A stretch of DNA of 64,000 nucleotides from an uncultured Spirochaetota bacterium (GTDB lineage Bacteria; Spirochaetota; Spirochaetia; SZUA-6; Fen-1364): the NCBI GenBank assembly GCA_963781885.1, contig CAWAHW010000007.1, positions 96,001 through 160,000 on the forward strand, in the 5' to 3' direction. The stretch's first letter is position 1. Every line of letters starts with the position of its first letter. The position numbers and the translations under genes are program-made. Positions 42,159-51,624 of this stretch are shown piece by piece. The notes under the pieces were generated by a model. It saw only the letters and a list, made by a program, of their open reading frames with translations. It was not told where the DNA came from and ran no database searches.

Positions 42159-43763
42159 TCGCAATGAGCTACAGGATCGCCGGCGGCGATTTCGACACGG
42201 CGGGCATCGCCACGCGGCAGCTCAAGGAGCAGCTGGCAAAGATCGGCGTGAACGGGGCGGTCATGCGCCGCGCGATGATCGCATCGTATGAAGCGGAGAT
42301 GAACGTCGTGATCCACGCCCGCACCGGCACCTTGTGGGCACGGCTGGATGCAGGCAAGCTCGACCTCGAGGTGGCCGATGAGGGGCCGGGCATACCCGAC
42401 GTATCCCTCGCCCTGCGGGAGGGTTGGTCCACGGCTTCCGCGCAGGCGCGCGAGATGGGTTTCGGGGCCGGCATGGGGCTGCCCAACATTAAGAGGAACA
42501 GCGACCTTTTCGAGATCGAGACGCGCGTCGGGCCGGGGAACGCGCGTACGGTCCACCATCCTCCTTGCCGGCGGCGGCATCGCATCCGCGGAAGCCGCCG
42601 AGCCCGCATCCCTGTCCATCTTCTCCACGCGCTGCCGGCGCTGCCTGCGGTGCATCTTCGCCTGCCCGACCGGCGCCCTCCGTGTCCACGACCGGGGACC
42701 CGAGCTCCTGGAGGCGTTGTGCATCGGCTGCACCGCCTGTCTCGGTGAATGCCCTTCCGGCGTGTACGGCATTCCTGTCGACGTGCGAAGCACGGCGGCG
42801 CTGCGCGCGATTCCGCCGAACGCGGTCTGCGTCGTGCCGGCCGGTTTCCTCGCGGGCTTTCCCGTCGATCATGCGCCGTCGCGCGTGCGCGCGGCGCTCT
42901 TGCGAATGGGCTTTTCCGAGGTGCGGCTTCTCGACGAGTGGACCGCCGCTCTCCGCCGGGAGGCGCGCGCGCGTGCGGCCGCGGCAGCCGGGCCTCTTCC
43001 TCTCATCCCGCCATTCTGTCCCGGTGTCGTTGCGCTGGTGGAGAGCAGGTACCCGTCGCTCATTCCTAACCTGGGGCAATGGCTCTCACCCATCGAAGCT
43101 GCGGGAGAGGAGTTCCCGCTGCGGCCCGTCTCCGTCGCGGCATCCTGCCCGGCGCAGCATCGCGCCGCGCGGAGGGAGAGTCTCACGGAGAGGCTCACGG
43201 TGCTTTCTCCGTCCGCGCTGGCGGAGGCGGTACGGAAGCTCCTGCCGCGTGACGCCGAATCACCGCGGCGGGCAGCGGACACCGCCGAACAGGCCGCGCC
43301 CCTGCCGGGTGAAATCGCGGCGACGGGGGCGCGGCACGTGCTGCGCGTCCTTGCTGCCGCGGAGGCAGGGGCGCTGGATGAGGCGACGCTCCTGGAGCTT
43401 TGGTTGTGCGACACGGGCTGCGCCGGCTCTCCGCTTCTTTCCGCGGACCCCTACCTCGCACGGCATCGGCTGGCGGAAGCGTCGCTGCTCCAGGGTGCCG
43501 GCGATGCCGCCGCGGCAGCCGTGCCCCGCGCGCGTGCCTACGCACAACGCGCCGGCACGCGCCTCGATGCGGACATGGACCGCGCCATCGGGAAGCTTGC
43601 GCGCATCGACGCAATCGCGCGCGCGCTCCCCGGCAGGGACTGCGGCGCCTGCGGCGCGCCGTCCTGCGCCGCATTCGCGGAGGACGTCGTCATGGACCGC
43701 GCCGCCCGGGACGGCTGCCCGCACGCCGCGCCCGCGCGCTTTCAGAGGGAGGACGAACGATGA
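42155..43763 (+). CDS. Anti-sigma-type Ser/Thr kinase (HATPase) fused to a 2x[4Fe-4S] / degenerate Fe-hydrogenase-like / FeS domain, frameshift at ~42532
   Basis: YEAEMNVVIHA, D.GPGI.D, GFGAGMGL; after the shift CRRCLRC..ACP, CIGCTAC..ECP, FCP, SCP, LCDTGC and LPGRDCGACGAPSC. Confidence 0.78.
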
Positions 43764-44116
43764 CGCTTGGCGACATGACGGCCCGGCTGGGACTTGAGAT
43801 TCTCACGCCCGAGCTTGCAGGTGAAGGGACCGACGTGACCCGCGGGCATGCCTCGGATCTCCTGAGCGACGTGCTGGCAAACGCGCCGTCGGGTGGGGTG
43901 CTCGTCACGATACAGGTTCACATGAATGTCGTGGCCGTCGCGCTGCACGCGGGTCTTGCCGCGGTGATCTTTGCGCACGGCATGAGACCCGACGAGGCCG
44001 TCCGGCGGAAGGCCGTGGACGAGGGGCTGCCCCTGCTCGCGAGCATGGATTCGACATTCGAGGTCGCCGGCCGTCTGTACGCCCTGGGCCTCCGGGGAAA
44101 AGGTGACGAGACGTGA
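43760..44116 (+). CDS. DRTGG-domain protein
   Basis: 'GHASDLLSDVLAN', 'TIQVHMNVVAVA'. Confidence 0.85.
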   Translation: MTLGDMTARLGLEILTPELAGEGTDVTRGHASDLLSDVLANAPSGGVLVTIQVHMNVVAVALHAGLAAVIFAHGMRPDEAVRRKAVDEGLPLLASMDSTFEVAGRLYALGLRGKGDET

Positions 44117-44154
44117 CGCACAGATGCCCGCAGTCGGCAAAGGGACGCGCGTGA

Positions 44155-44919
44155 ATGCTGCGCCTGGCCGCCGATCTCCACATCCACACCGTTCTCTCCC
44201 CCTGTGCGTCGCGCGCCATGACGCCGGCGACAATCGTTCGGGAGGCAATGGCACGGGGCGTGGAGGTGATCGCCGTGTGTGACCACAACACGTCGGGCAA
44301 CGTGGCCGCGGTGGCGGCCGCTGCCGCCCGCGCAGGCGGGCCATTCGTCATTGCCGGTATCGAGATCACCACTTCGGAGGAAGTGCACGTGCTGGGATAT
44401 TTCCCTTCGGCGGAGAGCGCCTGCGCGGCAGGCCGTGCGGTCACGGAGCGGCTGCCCCTGTGGCGGCCCTTGACCTCCCGGACGGCCGGGTTGCGCGGCC
44501 CGCGCGAACCTGATCAGCAGATCGTGGACGCGGAGGGGAACGTGACCGGCATCGAGGAGCGGATGCTCGCGGCAGCAAGCCCGTACTCCCTTTCCCAGAC
44601 CGTGGACCTCATCCACCATCATGGGGGCCTTGCAGTGGCCGCGCACATGGATCGCCGGAGCTTCAGCGTGCCCGGGCAGCTCGGCTTCCTGCCGCCCGAC
44701 GTTCCCTTCGACGGCCTGGAGATTTCCGCGGCCGGGGTGAACCGGGGCCGCGCGCGCGATTTCGCCTGCCACGGCATCACGCTCATCAGCTCGTCGGACA
44801 GCCACTTCCCGACCGAGATCGGCACGGGCATCACGGCGCTGGACGTGGAGGACATGAGCTTTGATGAGCTTTCCCTGGCGCTGTGCGGATCGTGCGGAAG
44901 GGGATGCGCCATTGCGTGA
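44155..44919 (+). CDS. PHP-domain phosphoesterase
   Basis: DLHIHTVLSPC, DHN, EEVH, AHMDR, SSDSH. Confidence 0.9.
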   Translation: MLRLAADLHIHTVLSPCASRAMTPATIVREAMARGVEVIAVCDHNTSGNVAAVAAAAARAGGPFVIAGIEITTSEEVHVLGYFPSAESACAAGRAVTERLPLWRPLTSRTAGLRGPREPDQQIVDAEGNVTGIEERMLAAASPYSLSQTVDLIHHHGGLAVAAHMDRRSFSVPGQLGFLPPDVPFDGLEISAAGVNRGRARDFACHGITLISSSDSHFPTEIGTGITALDVEDMSFDELSLALCGSCGRGCAIA

Positions 44920-45457
44920 GATCGCCCTCCACATCCTGGACCTCGTGGAAAACTCCATCCGTGCCGGCGCCGCGGTCATCGAGGTGACGGTGGAGGAAGA
45001 GCCTGACCGCGATCTGCTCGGCATCGCCGTGGAAGACGACGGGCCCGGTCTTCCCGTGCCGGCGGAGCGCGCTGCCGATCCCTTCTTCACGACGAAGGAG
45101 GGGAAGAAGACGGGCCTGGGTCTCAGCATGCTGAAGTTCCGCGCCGAGCAGGTGGGAGGCAGCTTCTGCCTCTCGCGGTCCGCGCTGGGCGGGCTTGCCG
45201 TGCGCGCTTCCATGCCGTTGTCCAACGTCGACAGGAGCCCGCTGGGCGACCTTGCCGCGACGCTCGCATCGGTGGTGTGTACGAACCCGGACGTGGAGCT
45301 GCGGTCGCGCCTGCGCGTCGGCGGCCGGGAGTGGTCGGTGAGCACGGCCGACATCGTGCGCGGCCTGCCCGTCGGGGGGCGCGGCGAGATCGTCGTCGCG
45401 CGGCGCATGAAAGAGCGAATTGCGGAGGGTCTTTCGGCCCTCCATGTTTCGGATTGA
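44912..45457 (+). CDS. Stand-alone HATPase_c (histidine kinase-like ATPase)
   Basis: LHILDLVENSIRAGA, DDGPG, DPFFTTK, GLGL, DRSPLGD; TTG start overlapping the PHP gene. Confidence 0.85.
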   Translation: MREIALHILDLVENSIRAGAAVIEVTVEEEPDRDLLGIAVEDDGPGLPVPAERAADPFFTTKEGKKTGLGLSMLKFRAEQVGGSFCLSRSALGGLAVRASMPLSNVDRSPLGDLAATLASVVCTNPDVELRSRLRVGGREWSVSTADIVRGLPVGGRGEIVVARRMKERIAEGLSALHVSD

Positions 45458-45479
45458 TCACGAAGGAAGGGAGAAGGAC

Positions 45480-46130
45480 ATGAACGAACAAGAAGGGCCC
45501 GCCGCCATCGCCTGCGCGTGCGGGGAGAAGGCCACCGAGTCGGAGCTCATGCGGAGACTCGATGAGATCCTCGCCGAGTACCGCGGGAAGCCGGGAGCGC
45601 TCATCCCGGTGCTCCAGCTCGCGCAGGGCATCTTCGGATACCTCCCGGAGAATGTCCTGAAGCACATCGCGCTCACCATGGGCAAGTCCTACAGCGAGGT
45701 GGCGGGAGTCGTGAGCTTCTACGCCTTCTTCTCCACGCATCCGCGCGGCCGTCACGTCGTGCGCGTGTGTCTTGGCACCGCCTGCTACGTGCGCGGCGGC
45801 AAGCAGGTGCTGGAAACGATGCGCAAGGAGCTTGGCGTCGACGTGGGCGAGACGTCGAAGGACGGCATGTTCAGTCTCGAGGTGGCGCGCTGCTTCGGCG
45901 CCTGCGGTCTTGCCCCTGCCATGTGCATCGATGACGAGGTCTACAAGCGCGTGCGGCCGTCGAAGATCCGCGAGATACTCGCCACCTACTACGCGCCGGT
46001 GAAGAAATCTGGCACGCGTGCGCCGGCCGCGGCCAAGCGTGCGGCTGTTGCGGCGAAGCGCCCTGCGGCAAAGCGCCCCGTCGCGAAAAAGCACGCCGCC
46101 ACCAGGAAAGGAGTGAAGGTCCATGGATAA
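45480..46130 (+). CDS. hydC: [FeFe]-hydrogenase NuoE-like subunit (HydC/HndA) with a K/A-rich tail
   Basis: LIPVLQ.AQ..FGYLP, VCLGTACYVRG, RCFGACGLAP. Confidence 0.92.
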   Translation: MNEQEGPAAIACACGEKATESELMRRLDEILAEYRGKPGALIPVLQLAQGIFGYLPENVLKHIALTMGKSYSEVAGVVSFYAFFSTHPRGRHVVRVCLGTACYVRGGKQVLETMRKELGVDVGETSKDGMFSLEVARCFGACGLAPAMCIDDEVYKRVRPSKIREILATYYAPVKKSGTRAPAAAKRAAVAAKRPAAKRPVAKKHAATRKGVKVHG

Positions 46131-46536
46131 GATACGCAGCCTTCAGGACATCCTTGCCATCAAGGAACAGGCGCAGAAGAAAACGGCCCTCCGCGAGGAC
46201 GGGTACACGATGTGCTTCACCGTGCACATGGGGACCTGCGGGATCGCAAGCGGCGCCCGCGAGGTCGTCAACGCTGTTGCGGCGGAGCTCGAGTCCACCG
46301 GCCGCACCGACATCCGGCTCACCACGTCGGGATGCATCGGCGCCTGCGAGCACGAGCCGGTGATGACCGTGGAAAAGCTGGGCGCGCAGCCCGTGCTCTA
46401 CGGCCACCTGGACGCGGCCAAGGCGCGCGAGGTCTTCCGCCAGACGCTGGCAGGGAAGGCCACACCCGCTTACATGGTCTACGTCGGCGCCGCGCCTTCC
46501 GATGCGCACGCGACGAAGAAAGGGGCCCGGCAATGA
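46123..46536 (+). CDS. hydD: Thioredoxin-like [2Fe-2S] ferredoxin subunit (HydD/HndB)
   Basis: VHMGTCGIASGA, SGCIGACEHEP. Confidence 0.88.
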   Translation: MDKIRSLQDILAIKEQAQKKTALREDGYTMCFTVHMGTCGIASGAREVVNAVAAELESTGRTDIRLTTSGCIGACEHEPVMTVEKLGAQPVLYGHLDAAKAREVFRQTLAGKATPAYMVYVGAAPSDAHATKKGARQ

Positions 46537-49500
46537 GAACGACACGGATGCATCTGCTCATGTGCTTCGGCACCGGCTGCGTCTCTTCCGGTGCGGAAAA
46601 GGTGCGGGACGCTCTGGTGAAGGAGCTTGTCGCACGCGGTCTCATGGACGATGTCGCGATCGGCGACTTGAACGACGGCCACGGCGACGGCAACGGCACA
46701 AGCGGGCACGGCGAAGTGGCCGTCGTACGGACCGGCTGCAACGGATTCTGCGCGTGCGGTCCGCTCATGGTCGTCTACCCCGGCGGCTACTTCTACCAGA
46801 AGCTCACGCCGGAGGACATGCCGGAGCTCGTGGATGAGCACGTCCTGAAGGGAAGGCCGGTGGAGCGCCTGATGTTCCATCACCCCGTCACCCAGGCGGT
46901 CATTCCCCACTACGCGGACATTCCCTTCTTCGCCCGGCAGAACCTGCGCGTCCTGCACAACAAGGGCAAGATCTCCGCCACGAGCATCGAGGAGTACATC
47001 GGCCGCGGCGGCTATGTCGCCACGGCGAAGGCGCTTCTGGAGATGACGCCGCAGGGCCTCGTGGACGAAATGAAGAAATCCGGTCTTCGCGGCCGCGGCG
47101 GCGCGGGATTCCCCACCGGCATGAAGTGGGATTTCGCCGCGCGGACGAAATCGGACCAGAAGTACTTCCTCTGCAACGCGGATGAAGGCGACCCCGGCGC
47201 CTTCATGGACAGGAGCGTCCTGGAAAGCGATCCCCATGCCGTGCTGGAAGGCATGATCATCGGCGCCCGGGCAATCGGCGCGAGCCAGGGCTACATCTAC
47301 TGCCGCGCGGAGTACCCGCTTGCAATCGAGCGGCTGAATCTCGCCATCGCCCAGTGCCGGGAGCGCGGGCTCCTGGGCAAGGACATCCTGGGAACCGGTT
47401 TCGATTTCGACATCGAGATCGCGCGCGGCTCCGGCGCCTTTGTCTGCGGCGAGGAGACCGCCCTCATGCGGTCCATCGAGGGAAAGCGCGGCGAGCCGCG
47501 GCCCCGGCCCCCGTTCCCCGCGGTCGCGGGGCTCTGGGAGAAGCCGACGGTCCTCAACAACGTGGAGACCCTGGCGAATGTGCCGCTCATCATCGCCAAC
47601 GGCGCGGACTGGTTCAAGTCGGTGGGAAATGAGAAGAGCCCGGGCACGAAGATCTTTGCCCTCACCGGCAAGGTCAACAATGTGGGCCTCGTCGAGGTGA
47701 ACATGGGCATCCCGCTTGGTGAGATCATCTACGACATCGGCGGCGGCATTCCGAACGGCAAGAAGTTCAAGGCCGCGCAGATCGGCGGCCCGTCGGGCGG
47801 CTGCATCCCCAAGGAGCAGCTCAACGTTCCCGTGGACTACGAATCCATCACCGCGCTGGGGGCCATCATGGGCTCGGGCGGGCTCATCGTGATGGACGAG
47901 GATTCCTGCATGGTGGACATGGCGCGCTTCTTCCTGGAGTTCACGCAGGACGAGTCGTGCGGCAAGTGCACGCCCTGCCGCGTCGGCACGCGGCGGATGC
48001 TGGAGATCCTGGAACGCATCTGCGCGGGCAAGGGGGAAGACGGCGACATCGAGCGCCTGGTGGACCTCGGCAATACGATCAAGGACACCGCGCTCTGCGG
48101 TCTGGGCCAGACGGCGCCCAATCCCGTTCTTTCGTTCATCCGATTCTTCCGCGACGAGTTCGTGGAGCACATCCGGGACAAGAAGTGCCGGGCAGGAGTC
48201 TGCGCCGAGCTCGTGCGCGCCCCCTGTCAGAACGCCTGTCCCGCCGGCGTGGACATCCCGGGCTTCATCAGTCTCACCGGCGAGAAGCGCTACAACGAGG
48301 CGCTCCTCCTGCATCGCGAGCGCAACCCCTTCGTGGCGGTCTGCGCGCGCGTCTGCTTCCACCCCTGCGAGGGCAAGTGCCGCAGGGTCACGCTGGACGA
48401 GCCTCTCTCCGTGCGGGCGGTGAAGAGATTCCTCGCCGACCAGGAGAAGGAGTTCCAGGTCCCCGCGCCCGTCGTGAACGCGGCGAACGCCAAGCGCAAG
48501 ATCGCGGTGATCGGCGCAGGACCCGCGGGCATGTCATGTGCGTACTTCCTTGCCCGCCTGGGCTACAAGCCGACCGTGTACGAAGCGGCCGACAAGCCGG
48601 GCGGCATGCTCCTGCAGGCGATACCCGCCTACCGGTTGCCGCGCGACATCCTTGCCAACGAGATACGCGGCATCGCGGAGCTGGGCGTCACCATCAAGAC
48701 GAAGAAGAAGCTCGGCAGGGACTTCACTCTCTCCTCTCTGAAGGAGATGGGATATGACGCCGTGTTCCTCGCCGTCGGTGCTCCGACAGGCATGGCCCTT
48801 GGCATGAAGGGCGAGGACATGAAGGGCGTCGTGGATGCCCTTGGGTTCCTCCGCGAATACAACCTCACGGGCAAGGCCGCTGTCGGAAAGAACGTCGTGG
48901 TGGTGGGCGGCGGAAACGCCGCGGTGGACGCCGCGCGCACGGCCCTGCGGCTGGGCGCGGAGACCGCGACCGTGGTCTACCGACGCACGCGCGCGGAAAT
49001 GCCGGCCTACGAGGAAGAAGTGGAAGAGGCCGAGCGCGAAGGTGTGAAGTTCGAGTTCCTCGCGGCGCCCCTGGAGCTGGTGGAAAAGGGCGGCAAGGTC
49101 TCCCAGGCGAAGTTCCGCAAGATGGATCTTGGCGACTTCGACCGCACGGGCAGACGCAAGCCCGTTGCCCGTGGTGAGAACGATTTCACCCTGAAAGCGG
49201 ACATGGTGATCGCGGCCATCGGCCAGACGCTGGTGGCCGACGAGCTCTTCGATGGCGTGAGCGTGAAGCTCAACGAGCGGCACTATCTCGCCGCGGATCC
49301 CGTCACGGGGCAGACGTCCGTGGACTGGATCTTCGCCGGCGGTGACGCGGCCACGGGGCCGTCCTCCGTCGTGGAGGCGATAGGCGCGGGCGAAAAGGCC
49401 GCGGTGGGAATCGACAGGTTCCTCACCGGCGCGGTGCACGCGACGTGGCGGACATACAAGATCGCCAATACGTTCTTCGATCCGGAGGCGGATCCCGTGA

Positions 49501-49823
49501 TCGCCAATCGGCCGGAGGTGAAGATGATTCCTCTTGCGAAGCGCGCGGGCACATTCGCCGAGGTGGAGACAACGTGGGCGCGCGCGATCGCGCTGGCGGA
49601 AACGCAGCGCTGCCTGCGCTGCGACTACCGCGAAGAAGCGGCTGTCGGAGCGTCCAACGGCAACGGCACGGCCCAAATGCCACGGAGTACCGTGGCCGCC
49701 GGTGCTTCGCAAATGCCACGGAGTACCGTGGCCGCCGGTGCTTCGCAAATGCCACGGAGTACCGTGGCCGGTGCTTCGCAAATGCCACGGAGTACCGTGG
49801 CCGGTGCCAGGAAAGGAGCGTAA
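46533..49823 (+). CDS. hydB: NuoF-like diaphorase subunit (HydB/HndC) fused to a GltD/NfnB-like Fe-S flavoprotein
   Basis: GRGGAGFPTG, CNADEGDPGAFMDR, CGEETAL, GGPSGG, SCGKCTPCRVG; then PCQNACP, CARVCFHPCE..C, GAGPAG, GGGNAA..YRR, AGGD and RCLRCD. Confidence 0.93.
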   Translation: MRTTRMHLLMCFGTGCVSSGAEKVRDALVKELVARGLMDDVAIGDLNDGHGDGNGTSGHGEVAVVRTGCNGFCACGPLMVVYPGGYFYQKLTPEDMPELVDEHVLKGRPVERLMFHHPVTQAVIPHYADIPFFARQNLRVLHNKGKISATSIEEYIGRGGYVATAKALLEMTPQGLVDEMKKSGLRGRGGAGFPTGMKWDFAARTKSDQKYFLCNADEGDPGAFMDRSVLESDPHAVLEGMIIGARAIGASQGYIYCRAEYPLAIERLNLAIAQCRERGLLGKDILGTGFDFDIEIARGSGAFVCGEETALMRSIEGKRGEPRPRPPFPAVAGLWEKPTVLNNVETLANVPLIIANGADWFKSVGNEKSPGTKIFALTGKVNNVGLVEVNMGIPLGEIIYDIGGGIPNGKKFKAAQIGGPSGGCIPKEQLNVPVDYESITALGAIMGSGGLIVMDEDSCMVDMARFFLEFTQDESCGKCTPCRVGTRRMLEILERICAGKGEDGDIERLVDLGNTIKDTALCGLGQTAPNPVLSFIRFFRDEFVEHIRDKKCRAGVCAELVRAPCQNACPAGVDIPGFISLTGEKRYNEALLLHRERNPFVAVCARVCFHPCEGKCRRVTLDEPLSVRAVKRFLADQEKEFQVPAPVVNAANAKRKIAVIGAGPAGMSCAYFLARLGYKPTVYEAADKPGGMLLQAIPAYRLPRDILANEIRGIAELGVTIKTKKKLGRDFTLSSLKEMGYDAVFLAVGAPTGMALGMKGEDMKGVVDALGFLREYNLTGKAAVGKNVVVVGGGNAAVDAARTALRLGAETATVVYRRTRAEMPAYEEEVEEAEREGVKFEFLAAPLELVEKGGKVSQAKFRKMDLGDFDRTGRRKPVARGENDFTLKADMVIAAIGQTLVADELFDGVSVKLNERHYLAADPVTGQTSVDWIFAGGDAATGPSSVVEAIGAGEKAAVGIDRFLTGAVHATWRTYKIANTFFDPEADPVIANRPEVKMIPLAKRAGTFAEVETTWARAIALAETQRCLRCDYREEAAVGASNGNGTAQMPRSTVAAGASQMPRSTVAAGASQMPRSTVAGASQMPRSTVAGARKGA
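49679..49801. repeat. REP-like palindrome array inside the 3' end of hydB, 4 copies with periods 36/36/33
   Basis: AAT-GCCACGG-AGTA-CCGTGGC at 49679, 49715, 49751 and 49784; encodes QMPRSTVA(A)GAS repeats. Confidence 0.95.
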
Positions 49824-49829
49824 GCAACC

Positions 49830-51599
49830 ATGCAGAACCTGACGATAGACGACAAGAAGATACAGGTGCCGGACGGCACGCCGATCATCGAGGCCGCGCG
49901 GATGGTGGGGGTGAAGATACCCTCCCTCTGCTACCTGAAGAACGTCCAGGCCATCGGAGCCTGCCGGGTGTGCCTCGTGGAAGTGGAAGGAGCCAAGACG
50001 CTGATGGCCTCCTGCTCCACTCCCGCCTGGGAAGGCATGAAGGTGCACACCAATACCGCGCGGGTGCGCGCCGCGCGCAAGACGGTCGTGGAGCTGATCC
50101 TCTCCGACCATGAGGGGGACTGCCAGGTCTGCGACCGCAACGTGGACTGCGAGCTGCAGGCAGTGGCGAGCGACCTGGGCATCCGCAAGGTGACCTACCC
50201 CGGCATGAAGAGCAAGGCGATGACCGACGACAGCACGCCTGCCCTCATCCGCGACACGGCCAAGTGCATCTCCTGCCGCCGCTGCGTGGCTGTCTGCAGC
50301 AACACCCAGGGCGTCGGCGCGATATTCCCGCAGGGGCGGGGGTTCGCTTCCATGGTCGGCCCGGCATTTGCGCAGAACCTCTCCGACGTGGTCTGCGTGC
50401 AGTGCGGGCAGTGCGCCGCGGTGTGTCCCGTCGGGGCGATCAGCGAGCGCGACGAGATCGGCAAGGTATGGGCGGCGCTGGACGACCCGAAGAAGACGGT
50501 CGTCGTCCAGACGGCTCCTGCCATACGCGCCGCCCTTGGCGAGTGCTTCGGCTATGCCCCCGGCACGCTCGTGACGGGCAAGATGGTGACAGCCCTGCGC
50601 CAGATGGGTTTCCACCATGTTTTCGACACGAACTTCACGGCGGACCTCACGATCATGGAGGAAGGCACCGAGCTCCTCACCCGACTCAAGGACGCGCTCG
50701 TGGAAAAGAAGCAGGTGGCCCTGCCGATGTTCACGAGCTGCTCGCCTGGCTGGATCCGCTACGCCGAGCATTTCTGGCCCGAAATACTCCCCAACATCTC
50801 TACCTGCAAGTCACCCCAGCAGATGTTCGGGGCGGTTGCAAAGACCTATTTCGCGGAAAAAATCGGCAAGAAGGCGGAGGACATTTTCGTCGTGTCGGTG
50901 ATGCCGTGCACGGCGAAGAAGTACGAATCGCAGAGGCCCGAGATGCGCGGAAGCGGGGAGCGCGACGTCGACGTGGTGCTCACGACGCGCGAGCTGGGCA
51001 AGATGATCCGGCAGGCGGGCATCGACTTCGGCGCGCTGGCCGACGGCAAAATGGACAGCATCCTCGGCGCCTCCTCGGGCGCGGCGGACATCTTTGCCAA
51101 CACCGGCGGCGTCATGGAGGCGGCGCTGCGCACCGTGTATGAGCTCGTGACGGGCCGGCAGCTTCCCTTCGAGAACCTGCACATCACCCCGATCATGGGC
51201 CTCGCCGGCCTGAAAGAGGCGGCGGTGAAGATCGAGGGCACGGTGCCGGCATGGTCCTTCCTGGAAGGGGTGACCGTGAAGGTTGCCGTGGCGCACGGGC
51301 TGGGCAACGCGCGCATCCTGATAGAAAAGATCAAGGCGGGTGAAAGCTACCACTTCGTCGAAGTCATGACCTGTCCCGGCGGCTGCATCGGCGGCGGCGG
51401 GCAGCCGCGCCTCACGACCGACGACGTGCGCAAGGCGCGCATCGCGGCGATCTACAAGGAGGACGAGGGCAAGCCGATCCGCAAGTCGCACAACAACCCG
51501 GAGGTGAAGGCAATCTACGAGGAGTACCTGAAAAAGCCCCTCGGGGAGAAGTCGCATCACCTCCTGCACACGACCTACACGCCGCGGGAGAGGGTTTAA
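49830..51599 (+). CDS. hydA: [FeFe]-hydrogenase catalytic subunit (group A, multimeric)
   Basis: [2Fe-2S], His-ligated and 2x[4Fe-4S] F-clusters; H-cluster motifs TSCSPGW, MPCTAKKYE, EVMTCPGGCIGGGGQP; C-terminal SH..LHT. Confidence 0.97.
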   Translation: MQNLTIDDKKIQVPDGTPIIEAARMVGVKIPSLCYLKNVQAIGACRVCLVEVEGAKTLMASCSTPAWEGMKVHTNTARVRAARKTVVELILSDHEGDCQVCDRNVDCELQAVASDLGIRKVTYPGMKSKAMTDDSTPALIRDTAKCISCRRCVAVCSNTQGVGAIFPQGRGFASMVGPAFAQNLSDVVCVQCGQCAAVCPVGAISERDEIGKVWAALDDPKKTVVVQTAPAIRAALGECFGYAPGTLVTGKMVTALRQMGFHHVFDTNFTADLTIMEEGTELLTRLKDALVEKKQVALPMFTSCSPGWIRYAEHFWPEILPNISTCKSPQQMFGAVAKTYFAEKIGKKAEDIFVVSVMPCTAKKYESQRPEMRGSGERDVDVVLTTRELGKMIRQAGIDFGALADGKMDSILGASSGAADIFANTGGVMEAALRTVYELVTGRQLPFENLHITPIMGLAGLKEAAVKIEGTVPAWSFLEGVTVKVAVAHGLGNARILIEKIKAGESYHFVEVMTCPGGCIGGGGQPRLTTDDVRKARIAAIYKEDEGKPIRKSHNNPEVKAIYEEYLKKPLGEKSHHLLHTTYTPRERV

Positions 51600-51624
51600 G
51601 GGGCCCGCGGGAGCGGGGTCCAGT

